A DNA stretch of 64,000 nt, from assembly GCA_031414955.1 (NCBI GenBank), contig JANOQV010000065.1, forward strand, positions 1-64,000. Direction: 5' to 3'. The position numbers were made by a program, and so were the translations under genes. The DNA is from Pedosphaera sp. (GTDB taxonomy: Bacteria > Verrucomicrobiota > Verrucomicrobiia > Limisphaerales > SIBH01). How positions within the stretch are numbered: the stretch's first letter is position 1; every line of letters begins with the position of its first letter. The notes beneath the pieces were generated by a model. That model was not told the origin of the DNA, ran no database searches, and saw only the letters and a list, made by a program, of their open reading frames with translations. Positions 27,801-35,461 of this stretch are shown here, one piece after another.

Positions 27801-28381
27801 GTGCCGCCGTTGAAAATCAACTGGCCGTTGGTGCCATTGGTCAGGCTGAGAAAATCCGTCTCCAGCCGCCCCGCGTTCAGCGTGAGCAGGCCGCGCCGGA
27901 TGTCCGTGACGGCGGTGCGGGTGGAATTAGTCACGCGCAAGGTGCCGCTGGCGAGGACCACGCCGGCTGTGGAGTAAAGCCCCTGGCCCACCACGAAGCT
28001 GTTGGTCAATTCCCAGAACGAACTGTTCACATCCAGCGTCACCGTCCCGTTGCTGGCGTTGAACCAGGCGCTGACGTTGGCCGCGCTGAAACCGGAGGGC
28101 CAGACCACTGCAAAGGAGCCATTGATGGGGAAGACGGCGTTGTCAGCCACGCCTGGCACGCCGTTGTCCCACCGGCTGTTCAGGTTGAAGTTGCCTCCGC
28201 TCGCCGCCCGCCAGGTATGGTCGGCGGCCATCGAGGCCCGGCCCCAAGCCAGCCAGAGCAGGCCGGCCAAAAGCATTCGACCCACGACCGCCGGGTGAAA
28301 AACACCGGTCAACAGTGGCCCAGCCATCGGTCGGCCGGCGTTTCGTGCGACCATGCGGATCAAAGAGACGATGCAATTCAT
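21815..28381 (-). CDS. Giant (~2,190 aa) secreted beta-helix/autotransporter-passenger-like surface protein, no beta-barrel
   Basis: Signal-like MLLAGLLWLAWGRASMA. Two ~650-aa modules of G/S/T/N-rich repeats, a galactose-binding-like domain (WKYLDDGSDQG...TYFRRSF...DDGVRVHLNG), two modules with LTKNGPG strands, tail FILEAATNL...W...PARFYR. Start at 28381 chosen from the promoter motif and is uncertain. Confidence 0.85.
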   Translation of the reverse strand: MNCIVSLIRMVARNAGRPMAGPLLTGVFHPAVVGRMLLAGLLWLAWGRASMAADHTWRAASGGNFNLNSRWDNGVPGVADNAVFPINGSFAVVWPSGFSAANVSAWFNASNGTVTLDVNSSFWELTNSFVVGQGLYSTAGVVLASGTLRVTNSTRTAVTDIRRGLLTLNAGRLETDFLSLTNGTNGQLIFNGGTLVTYGGVWSNGSSAVIGGSGPNPATLEVRAGTPFLVDHPLTLIGSNSAFNQLLVTDGGLMTSRITILGQESAAASNLALVSGTGSSWSVQQSMNVGGEGGFNRLIITNGGILTSGSASIASSGASTGSSNLAIITGAGSVWTNTGSFTIGAFGRGNQLLITNGGTLRNLAIQPFNLGGIAAGASSQVMVTDTNSIFYSPFSRIQVNGRAAFSEVTVRNGAAMQTKSLGLSTGTTSSNNVVTVTDPGTVWLNSEVVEVGAFGPFNQLIVSNSGTMVATNLLIGSTATSSNNSVLVTGGNLIVTNAFGTGVLEVRRGTNTINSGLLLADELWLTNGAQSGFNFTAGLVQVRATVCSNGTAFFVGLSAGPSAVATLELLGNNTHLFANNLTVRRTGLLKGNGTLRGNASIQGGHLSPGASLGRITIDGNLTMIMGTFTSNLFELNKALGTNDSIVVASNLTYSGTLVVTNLAGTLAVGDTFKLFTAGTYAGSFVNLHLPPLPPDLAWTNKLLFDGSIEILTVLPSDHHWTNALGGTYGVAANWLDGLAPTAIDHAIFTNAASYPVDWLAPANAADAWFNAASGIVTQNIGVASWTLTNSYIVGRDAGAAAKVAHPTGSLIVTNVAGTALMVVGQDGSGAYNLSGGSVVVDQLIATNNGPGFTNSTLNLGHGDLTTLHGTSILKEPNPYGLQIGETAGQIFTWAMRGGTNTTVVGPVDNISLGSFPGRRGVVVVDGAGTVWSNVAISLAVGGSGSANRLSITNGGRVFYTGSMTVGGSSSNNLLTLHGAGSGLFGGFLYVGNRSISNQMFIEAGAVATNFHTVIGLDGSASNSTLMVGGTGSRLTSSRSLNVGLGGSGSTLMISNNGLVVSTQAVVGANAGANNNTAWVVGGSLIVTNAARSAQLIVGKNGAGVLRLDGGLVQTDRLLLTNGSQSRLSFVSGTLQTRSTVVAADSDFSLGFGGPVLELTGAGTHQFADGLWLPFRARLQGNGTVLGNVTNAGVLAPGASIGRLTISGDLRLLASSSNLFELNQALGTNDCVAGVSNLSYGGTLVVTNLDGALAVGDSFKVFGATNYNGAFSSLVLPPLAPGLMWRNNLLVDGSIEVIVIPLMPFITLVPSGSSWKYLDDGSDQGTAWSAPAFDDSSWSNGVAELGYGEGDEATVVSFGPDAGNKYITTYFRRSFQVTDPETVERLILWIVRDDGVRVHLNGVELFRDNLPAGPVSFTTLAPVAAPEGLTGPEPIWGLVSSTNLVPGSNVLAVEIHQTLPESSDISFDLELTAVPANPLPPVTRVWTGEGTNGLWSNPTNWQGHGIPQVGDDLVFPAGAARLTSTNDFPHGRIAGSLRFETNGFNLHGDTLALLAAITNAAASGTNLLLMPITLLGPAHFVVPSPAAFLQMGGSVNGEGFDLTCDNASRLEIYLSGGIGTLTKNGPGVLSLLDARHTGPTLVNAGTLRLNGSTTSPLVEINGGATLAGTAVVGEVRVHSGTISPGSDLPGGSAIGTLTVTNLTFDPPPAVTTLRIESSTNGNDLVFVRGVASLGGAGLDWALSTNLPVGTVQSILRSNAPGATVVGSFLNFPEGELLETTHGTFRISYLGGTGEDVTLTRLAATNVWTGAGADQLWSNPANWQDGHVAAPGNSLLFPAVAQRLMLNDFPSNTLFGQFTFTADGYTLDGATLRLPDIQSSQPAGTNRVLLRWSLNASSPTLAVASSNAVLSLSGGWQTLAGTPSVAKNGPGLLELGGGGTGSAIFQLTDGPASLNGNCPGLQIVLRAGTFHGAGKVGPITHSPPTMAMRLGAGNHPGLAALLEAGRLLLTSNVTVEVDLLGGTPGTGHDQFRIAPTNLPVNLNNARLQVNLGYNPPPGTAHRIIDNTGINSILNTFAALSEGALLTNQGVVFAITYAGGDGNDVVLTRVNSLMDLTSVTPQPGGDVIALAGQGVPGWNFILEAATNLFPPVIWTPVSTNTTDGNGVFQFLQSISTNDPARFYRARAADGP

Positions 28382-28387
28382 ATTTTT

Positions 28388-28417
28388 GGTAAGCCGGCGG
28401 CGGACGGATTCTTTCAA
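28388..28417 (-). promoter_or_regulatory. Putative ECF-dependent promoter (copy 1)
   Basis: Minus strand TTGAAAGAATCC-N10-GGCTTACC, ATG 6 nt downstream; same motif and spacing at 32144-32173. Confidence 0.7.
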
Positions 28418-28467
28418 CAAACTGCGGAAAATCTTTCGGGGCGGAAAACTGCCCGGCGCGCGGCGCG

Positions 28468-31400
28468 TCAATCCTGCCAATCAATCCCCAGCTCGCGGAA
28501 CTTCGCCCGCACCGCCGCGAAATCCCACAACTGCACCTGGCGTCCTCCCGTGATGATCAGCAGCCAACGGCCATCCGGACTGAATTCCAACGGGTGCATT
28601 CCATCGGGCAGCGAAATCAGCAGGTCAAGGGTCCGTGCATCCAGCACCGCTCCGGAACGGGTGCTTTGGGCACAGGCGAGCAGGCGTCCGTCCGGCGAGT
28701 AGGCCAGGTGACTCACGGCGACGGCCTCCGCGGGGCGGCTCAGGCGCACGGCCCAGGTTCGCGTGTCGAGGATTCGCAATTCCTTCTCGCTCAATACAGC
28801 GAGGCTGGCGCTGTCCGGGCTGAAAACCTGGAAGCGAATCCGTCCGGAGTTGGTGATTTGCAGGGATGGGCCGGCTTCCTTGAGCGGAAGCACCGTAAGC
28901 ACGCCAGAACCTGAGCGGCGGGCCAGCCAGCGACCGTCAGGCGAAACGGCCCCTTCCCAGTCTGTCCCGCTGAGTGTGCCGCTGGTGCCGGTCGTGAAAT
29001 TGGTTACGTCCACGGTTTGGAGTCCTCCCGAACTGCGTCTCCAGATGGCGGGCGTTCCCACCGAGGAGCCAGGGGCGAACTCCTGGCCGCGCCGGACCAC
29101 GGGGAGCGGGTCCAGTTGCGGCGGGCCGTCAATGACTCCCGGCTGGACGCGGCAGCGAATCAAGTGGTCACCCAGCCAGGCAAACAATTCGGATGAGTCC
29201 GACGAGAAGCCCAGTGGGAAGGCTTCCCGTTTGTCCGCGCGGGCTGGTGGGCCGGGTCGTTGAAGATCCCAGACGGTCAGCGCCTCGGTGGTCATGATGG
29301 CCAGCCAGCGTTGATCGGGGGAGAAGCGCGCCATGCGCGGCACGCCGGCCAATTCGGTCGCGAACCGGCGGCACTCCTCCCCGGGATTGAATTCGAGCCG
29401 CGTCAGGTAACCGCGATTATCCAGGACGGCCACCTTTCGGCCGGTGCGATCCACCTGGATTTCGCTGGCGCGCAAGGAAAGCGTCACTTCACAGCGTTCG
29501 TTTTGGATCTGCCAGACATGGATTTCACCATCCCAGCCCCGGGTGATAAGAAAATCTCCGCTCGGGACAAATGTGACTCCGACCGCTTGCGCCTTATGCC
29601 GGCCGATCACGCGGGCCACACCGTTGGTGGCATTGATCAGCACTACGGCCCCATCATCCGTGCAGGCGGCAATCAGATGACCCTTTGGATGCCAGGCCAC
29701 CTGGTTGACGTAATTGGAGAGGGCGACCCTGGCGAGAACGCCCCCGTTGGTGGCATCACGCACCACGACGTGTTCCGGTTGGGCCAGGACAAATTGTCCG
29801 CCGTCCGGCGCATAGCTGAGGGAACGGGCCGGGCTTCTCGACCACTCGGCCACCGCCTGGTTTTGCACCAATTCCCAAACTAGCAATTTTCCATCCGGCC
29901 GGGCCATGAGCAGCCGGGGTTCAAACGGATGAAAGGCCGCCGCCGTGTAGGCGACGCTGTGCGGCGCGAAGAAGACGCGTTGGGTGGCCGCCAGATCCCA
30001 GACCTCCAAGGCTGCGTCCGCGCCCGAGCCGTGGTCCCGCTTGAAGGCGAGATAGCGATCGTCCGGGCTGAACAGCAGCATGCGCGCATTCAAGTTCGTG
30101 GCGGGCGGCAGGCTGAAGAGCAGGTTCGAGCCGACGGATGAATACACTTCCACCGGGCCTTTTCCCCGCGCCAGCGCGTAGCGGGTGAAGTCGGCGTTGA
30201 AGGCGTGGCCCGAGACATCTTGATCGAGTGGGATGCGTTGCTCGATCCGCAAATCCGGCAGGGACAAGGCGCTGAAGACCGCCTGCCGAACTTCGGGCGT
30301 GGTCCGGATGGCGCCCGCCCGCCGCATCGTTTCCAACGTGTGGAACCGGCGGCCGGCGGCGGTGCTTTGCACCGCCAGCCGTGCTTCGGCCAGATAAGCG
30401 TCGTGCAGGCGTTCGCGGCTCACATGCTCCGCCGCTTCGGCGCGGATGCGGAGCGCCGATTCCCTCGCGCTGGCCTGCTCCGCCAGTCGCGTGCGCCAGC
30501 CACTGAAGATCACTCCCGCCACTGCCAGGAGCGTGACGCCGGTCGCGACCAGACCGCTGCGTCGGGCCAGCTTCACCCGCCGCTCCAGGGCGCGCACGCG
30601 GCGCAGGCTCTGCCCGCTTCGGAGCAAGGCGAGGTCGGCACGCATCTCTTCCGCGTTCTGGTAGCGCCGCTCACGCTGGCCTTCGCACGCCTTGAGAATC
30701 ACCTCGTGCAGTTCCAGCGAGTCTCCGCTGTTCGCCTCGGTCATCCACTCCGGCGGTACGTCGGGAAATTTTTCCGGCCGCAAGCCTGTGCTCGCCTCGT
30801 AGAGCGACAGACCGAACGCGTACAAGTCCGCCGCCGGTGTGCCCGGCCCTTCCGGCGCGATGTAGCCCTCCGTGCCGACAAAGGTGCGCCCTTCGCCATC
30901 CGCTGAAACCAGTCCGAGGTCGGCGAGCTTGGCGCGGCCCTCCACGAAGATGATGTTCCCTGGCTTCACGTCGCGATGCACCAGCCCTTGCTGATGCAGC
31001 CGCGCCAGCCCGCTCACCACGTCGAGCGCGAGCCGGAGGCAGTCGGCGGTGGGGAGGAGGCGGTGGTGCTGGAGATCGGAGCGGAGGGTGCGGGGGGAGT
31101 AATCAGTGCTCAGAGCGGCAGTGCTTGGTGAAACGGCGCGCTGGCGGTCATCTGTTTCTACCGACTGACTGAGCACTGACGCACTGAGCACCTCCCCCGT
31201 CGCATCAGCCAGCTCCATCACGTAATAAAAATACCCCGCCGCATCATTGCGCCCGACATGCAAGACGTGAACGAGTCCGTCCGCGCTGCGCGAGACCGGC
31301 TCGTAACTCTGGACGCCGGCAAACTCGCGCTCGTACGGACGTTCGCTGTCGAACTGCTTGCGCTCGATCACCTTCACCGCCCGCAGCGCGCCCATGATGT

Positions 31401-31485
31401 TGCGCGCCAGCCAGACCTCGCCGTAAGCGCCGCGCCCGATGGGCCGGAGCAGGGTGTGATCGGGGATGGAAGGCGGGGTGGTCAT
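28468..31485 (-). CDS. Membrane Ser/Thr protein kinase with C-terminal WD40 propeller
   Basis: IGRGAYGEVW, AVK, HRDVKPGN, DLG, GTEGYIAPE; TM segment GLVATGVTLLAVAGVIF; WD40-like blades with FSPD motifs. Confidence 0.93.
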   Translation of the reverse strand: MTTPPSIPDHTLLRPIGRGAYGEVWLARNIMGALRAVKVIERKQFDSERPYEREFAGVQSYEPVSRSADGLVHVLHVGRNDAAGYFYYVMELADATGEVLSASVLSQSVETDDRQRAVSPSTAALSTDYSPRTLRSDLQHHRLLPTADCLRLALDVVSGLARLHQQGLVHRDVKPGNIIFVEGRAKLADLGLVSADGEGRTFVGTEGYIAPEGPGTPAADLYAFGLSLYEASTGLRPEKFPDVPPEWMTEANSGDSLELHEVILKACEGQRERRYQNAEEMRADLALLRSGQSLRRVRALERRVKLARRSGLVATGVTLLAVAGVIFSGWRTRLAEQASARESALRIRAEAAEHVSRERLHDAYLAEARLAVQSTAAGRRFHTLETMRRAGAIRTTPEVRQAVFSALSLPDLRIEQRIPLDQDVSGHAFNADFTRYALARGKGPVEVYSSVGSNLLFSLPPATNLNARMLLFSPDDRYLAFKRDHGSGADAALEVWDLAATQRVFFAPHSVAYTAAAFHPFEPRLLMARPDGKLLVWELVQNQAVAEWSRSPARSLSYAPDGGQFVLAQPEHVVVRDATNGGVLARVALSNYVNQVAWHPKGHLIAACTDDGAVVLINATNGVARVIGRHKAQAVGVTFVPSGDFLITRGWDGEIHVWQIQNERCEVTLSLRASEIQVDRTGRKVAVLDNRGYLTRLEFNPGEECRRFATELAGVPRMARFSPDQRWLAIMTTEALTVWDLQRPGPPARADKREAFPLGFSSDSSELFAWLGDHLIRCRVQPGVIDGPPQLDPLPVVRRGQEFAPGSSVGTPAIWRRSSGGLQTVDVTNFTTGTSGTLSGTDWEGAVSPDGRWLARRSGSGVLTVLPLKEAGPSLQITNSGRIRFQVFSPDSASLAVLSEKELRILDTRTWAVRLSRPAEAVAVSHLAYSPDGRLLACAQSTRSGAVLDARTLDLLISLPDGMHPLEFSPDGRWLLIITGGRQVQLWDFAAVRAKFRELGIDWQD

Positions 31486-31493
31486 TTGAAATG

Positions 31494-32135
31494 CTATTCC
31501 GTCGCCCGCCGCAATTGCTGCACTTCGACCTTCAACAATTTGGCGATGCGATGCCGCGCCAGATAAACCTGCGCGAGACTGACCCCGAGCTTCTTCGCCA
31601 CTTGCGTCAAGGAAAGATTCTCCTGCGTCGCCAGGCGAAAGATGAGCAGTTGGCGTGAACTGACTTTGGCGCGGACGCGCCGCAGCGCGGTGTCCAGCAG
31701 GTTTTCCTCCCATTCGCGCTGCCACACTTCATCCAGCGCGTCGCCCGAGGGATCGGGGATCTGCTCCAGCGCCGGTTCGCCGTCCGCGTTCGTCCGCGGT
31801 TCGCGGATGAGCAGCCCCGTGTCTGCCTGCCGTCGATACGCCGAGATGCGCGAGCGCGTCACCACGCGGAGCCAGGATTTGAACGAACCGCGCGCCGGGT
31901 CGTAACGGAACTTCGGCATCTTCCGGGTGAGATAGATGAAGGTGTTCTGCACCACGTCCTGCGCCTCGGCGTCGGCCAGGCCGGATTTGCGCGACACGTT
32001 GTAGATGAGCCGCCAATACGTCTCGAAGAACTCCCGCCAGCCCGCGTTATCGCCGCAGTCCCGCAAGCGCGAGAGCAGGCTCTGCCGCGTGGGCAGGAAG
32101 GAATCGGTTCCAGGCTCTGGCATCGTCATGATCAT
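31494..32135 (-). CDS. ECF-family RNA polymerase sigma factor (kinase-associated type)
   Basis: TRQSLLSRL, WREFFETY, EAQDVVQ, YDPARGSFKSWL, sigma4 HTH QVAKKLGVSLAQVYLARHR; 8 nt upstream of the kinase. Confidence 0.93.
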   Translation of the reverse strand: MIMTMPEPGTDSFLPTRQSLLSRLRDCGDNAGWREFFETYWRLIYNVSRKSGLADAEAQDVVQNTFIYLTRKMPKFRYDPARGSFKSWLRVVTRSRISAYRRQADTGLLIREPRTNADGEPALEQIPDPSGDALDEVWQREWEENLLDTALRRVRAKVSSRQLLIFRLATQENLSLTQVAKKLGVSLAQVYLARHRIAKLLKVEVQQLRRATE

Positions 32136-32143
32136 CCACTACA

Positions 32144-32173
32144 GGTAAGCCGCCGTCGGGAGGATTCTTTCAA
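32144..32173 (-). promoter_or_regulatory. Putative ECF autoregulatory promoter (copy 2)
   Basis: TTGAAAGAATCC-N10-GGCTTACC, ATG 8 nt downstream. Confidence 0.7.
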
Positions 32174-32247
32174 ACAAAATCGCGGTCCGGTAATCGCCCA
32201 CCACAGGGCTGGCTCCAGTAAACCGAGCCGCGCCATGCCTGCCTGCC

Positions 32248-32674
32248 TCACAGCAAACCCGCCGTCTCCGGGTAGCCGCACATCACATTCAGGCTTTGCA
32301 CCGCCTGACCGCTGGCACCCTTCACGATGTTGTCCTCGGCGCTCATCACCATCAGCCTCCCGGTGCGCGGGTCGATGACGCGCACTCCGGCGTTGTTCAA
32401 CGGCACGGCAAACTCCGCCGCCACGCCATGCGGCAGCGCGAGGAGCACGATGGCGCATGGCTTGGCCAACAGTTCCAGGTTTGGATTGCTGAAACGCAAG
32501 GTGCGTGTCGGCGCATACTGCGAGAACTTCGGGCAGGCCTGCGCGACGTTCTGGCCGGCGTACTGCCGCGAGGTGACGGCGGTGAGTTGTGCGGGCGGGT
32601 GGGTGAGCATCCGATAAACGAGTTCCGCGCGCGAATATCCCGAGGCCCCGACAATGCCGATTTTCCTGGCTCAT
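32248..32674 (-). pseudogene. argC: argC remnant: out-of-frame start plus large internal deletion
   Basis: [30 protein letters not shown] fused directly to [25 protein letters not shown]. The catalytic middle is missing and the ATG at 32674 is out of frame. Confidence 0.88.
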
Positions 32675-32971
32675 TCGATTAGGTCTGCGGAGACTGTTAG
32701 TACTAGCTTTTCATGAGCGCGGCAAGTTCGCGCTCCATTTGATTCTCCGACTGGCTCAAGGCGACCATCGCTCTGTGATAGAATGCAACGGGCATGGCTC
32801 TCACGCCATGCTCTGGCCGGAATGGTAGCTCATCCAAGCTGAGTTTTCCGATGGGCAGGGCCCGAGGAAGGGCGCACTTCGGCCGGCCGGCTTCCGTGGC
32901 CCGCCAATTTCAATCGCACCCATCCCTAAGCCCGCGCTTGCGCGGCCGTGTCCCGGGCCTACACTGGCGCG

Positions 32972-33826
32972 ATGCGAAAACTCCTTTTGGCCCTGGCGCT
33001 GACCGGAACCTTGATCCAGACCATGCAAGCCCAGGTCAACATCGAGGTCATCCTCGAGCAGGAGCAATACCTGCGCAGCGAATCACTCCCCGTGCAGGTG
33101 CGCATCAGCAACGATTCAGGCCGCGCGCTCCGACTGGGGGACGATCCGGAGTGGCTTGCCTTCACTATCCAGGACGAATCCGGCAAGCAGGTCTTGAGGA
33201 CGGGCGAAGTGCCGCTGGCCAAACCTTTCACCATCGAGCCGACCAAGACAGTGCGGTTGCGCACGGATCTCATGCCCCATTTCGACCTCAGCCAGGTGGG
33301 GCATTACACGCTGAACCTCAAGATGAGGGTGCCCCAGCTCAACGAGGAGATTTCAGCCAAGCCGACATCGTTCGACATCATCTCGGGCGTCACGTTGTGG
33401 GAGAAGAACGTGGGCGTGCCCGGCACCGATCCTCTGGTGACGCGCAAATACGCCTTGCAGCAGGCGACCTTCTTCAAACAGCAGCGGCTCTACGTGCGGG
33501 TCACGGACGCGACCGGAGCGCGGGTCGTCAAAGTGATTTCGCTCGGACAGTCCCTGTCCATGAGCCGGCCGGAAACCAAGGTGGACAACGTGAGCCACCT
33601 CCATGTGCTGTTCCAAAATGATCGCCAGGCGTATCTCTACGGCATCGTCACCACCGACGGCGAACTGATCATCCGCCAGTCATACGAAATCGCCGGCCGC
33701 CGGCCGCAGTTGCGATCCGAGGCCGATGGCCGGGTGGTGGTCGCGGGCGGCCAGCGGAAAATTTTATTGAGTGATTTGCCGCCAGCCCGCGTCGCAAACT
33801 CCGATGAAAAAGTGGAGCAGAAGTAA
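32972..33826 (+). CDS. Secreted hypothetical protein
   Basis: Signal peptide MRKLLLALALTG..QA; GC3-biased codons; TTGCGC-N16-TACACT upstream. Confidence 0.8.
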   Translation: MRKLLLALALTGTLIQTMQAQVNIEVILEQEQYLRSESLPVQVRISNDSGRALRLGDDPEWLAFTIQDESGKQVLRTGEVPLAKPFTIEPTKTVRLRTDLMPHFDLSQVGHYTLNLKMRVPQLNEEISAKPTSFDIISGVTLWEKNVGVPGTDPLVTRKYALQQATFFKQQRLYVRVTDATGARVVKVISLGQSLSMSRPETKVDNVSHLHVLFQNDRQAYLYGIVTTDGELIIRQSYEIAGRRPQLRSEADGRVVVAGGQRKILLSDLPPARVANSDEKVEQK

Positions 33827-34793
33827 CGTGGCGATCCTGGCGGGCCTGTGGCTCGCCGGTGCCGGTGCCTGGGCGCAGGACACTTCCCTCGAACTCAAAG
33901 GCGGCGACCGCATCACGGGCCGCATCCTTTCCGAAACCCCCGAGCGCATCGTGCTCAGCAACGCCTGGTCCCGTGAGTGGGTCATTCCCATCGCCGAGAT
34001 CAGCAAGCGCACCACCTTGACCGGCACCAACGCCTTGCTGAAAACCAACCTCGGCGCGGCGACCAAGCCCTTCGCCACCACCAACCTGCTCTTCACCTCT
34101 CCGCTGATGCGCCACTGGCACGGGGACATTCAACTGGGGGCGGACCTGACCTTCAGCGAACGCAACCGGCAGGTTTACAACGCCCGCGCGAAACTGAGCT
34201 ACACCCGTGCGCCCCTCAAGAGCGTGTTCGACTACGATGCCACCTACGGACGCAGCGAAGTGGAAGAAAACGTCAACGGCCGCAAAGTCACCCACCAGAG
34301 GACCGACGCCAACCGGATGAATGGCTCATGGAAACTCGATTTCGATCTCTCCAGGCGATGGTACCTCTACAACATCGCGGGCGTGGGTTACGACGAGCTG
34401 AGGAAGGTGGATCTGCGCTACGAAGTGGGGCCAGGCCTCGGCTACCGGTTGGTGCTGGCTTCGAACTTCTTGGCCAACGCGGAAGCGGGCGCGAACTACC
34501 AGCAGGAGGAAAGGGCGGACGACACCGAGTTGAGCCGCTTCTACGGGCGCGCCGCGCAAAATTGCGCCTGGAGAATCACCCCGCGGCTGACCTGGGATGA
34601 AAAGGTGGAATACCTGCCGAGCATCGAGGACGTAGAACTCTACAAGATTCGTTTTGAAACCAATCTGCGTTACGCCCTGCTCCAGAACCTGTTCCTGAAC
34701 ATCGCCCTCATCGATATCTACGATTCACAGCCGCCGGACGGCGTGACCCAGAACGACCTGCAACTGCGCTCCTCGATCGGGTTGAAATTTTAG
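33804..34793 (+). CDS. DUF481-family outer-membrane beta-barrel protein
   Basis: Signal peptide, LELKGGDRITG, amphipathic strands, VGPGLGY, terminal IGLKF. Confidence 0.85.
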   Translation: MKKWSRSNVAILAGLWLAGAGAWAQDTSLELKGGDRITGRILSETPERIVLSNAWSREWVIPIAEISKRTTLTGTNALLKTNLGAATKPFATTNLLFTSPLMRHWHGDIQLGADLTFSERNRQVYNARAKLSYTRAPLKSVFDYDATYGRSEVEENVNGRKVTHQRTDANRMNGSWKLDFDLSRRWYLYNIAGVGYDELRKVDLRYEVGPGLGYRLVLASNFLANAEAGANYQQEERADDTELSRFYGRAAQNCAWRITPRLTWDEKVEYLPSIEDVELYKIRFETNLRYALLQNLFLNIALIDIYDSQPPDGVTQNDLQLRSSIGLKF

Positions 34794-34841
34794 CCCACCC
34801 CCGCCCGCTGCGAGGGTGAACCCGTTTGGTTGCCTAAATTG

Positions 34842-35381
34842 TTACGCCACCTTGCAGGCGAGGCGTTCCCGCTCCAGAAACTTGTCCACGGCCGCGTCCA
34901 GGTCGCGCAGGGCGAACTGGTGATCGGTGCTGCTCAGCCAGGGTGATTCAATGAGGAAAACCGAGGCACCGATGATGCGTGCGACCTGGGCGTCCTGCCA
35001 GCGCGGACTGATCACGACCGACTGCGCGAGGAGCAGGTGGTGCTTGAAAGCGGCTTCGTGAAACATGCCGGCGCGCGGCTTCCGGCAGGGACAATCATCA
35101 TCCACCTCGTGCGGGCAGAACATGATGTCATCCAGCGGAAAGGTGGCGCGCAGCAGGTCGTGCATGTGGTCCATGACGCGGCGCGACATCGTGCCCTCGG
35201 AGATTTCCGGCTGGTTGGTGGTGACAATGAGCAGGTAACCGGCGGTGCGCAGCCGTTGCAGGCAGCCCAGCGCCCCCTGGTTCACCCGGAATTGTTCCCA
35301 CGCTGTGGGTGTTTTCTGCTGCCCTTCGTGGGTCGCGAGATTCAGCAGGGCGTCTCGCTCGATAAACGCGGCCTTTTTCAT
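34842..35381 (-). CDS. GmhB-like HAD-IIIA protein with degenerate catalytic motifs
   Basis: FIERDALLN (canonical FLDRDG..N), TNQ, CPH..DDCPCRKP, ISPRWQD (canonical IGD...D). Confidence 0.8.
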   Translation of the reverse strand: MKKAAFIERDALLNLATHEGQQKTPTAWEQFRVNQGALGCLQRLRTAGYLLIVTTNQPEISEGTMSRRVMDHMHDLLRATFPLDDIMFCPHEVDDDCPCRKPRAGMFHEAAFKHHLLLAQSVVISPRWQDAQVARIIGASVFLIESPWLSSTDHQFALRDLDAAVDKFLERERLACKVA

Positions 35382-35461
35382 GATTGGTAACAAGCATAAA
35401 GCTCGCCCACCCAGAAATCGGAACGGGAGCTGGCCAACTGAAATCTTTTCCCGGCTGCGAA

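Noticed and set aside
32703..32860. Short minus-strand frame ...MPVAFYHRAMVALSQSENQMERELAALMKS*
   Set aside because: May be another gene remnant, but I cannot assign homology or show it is coding.
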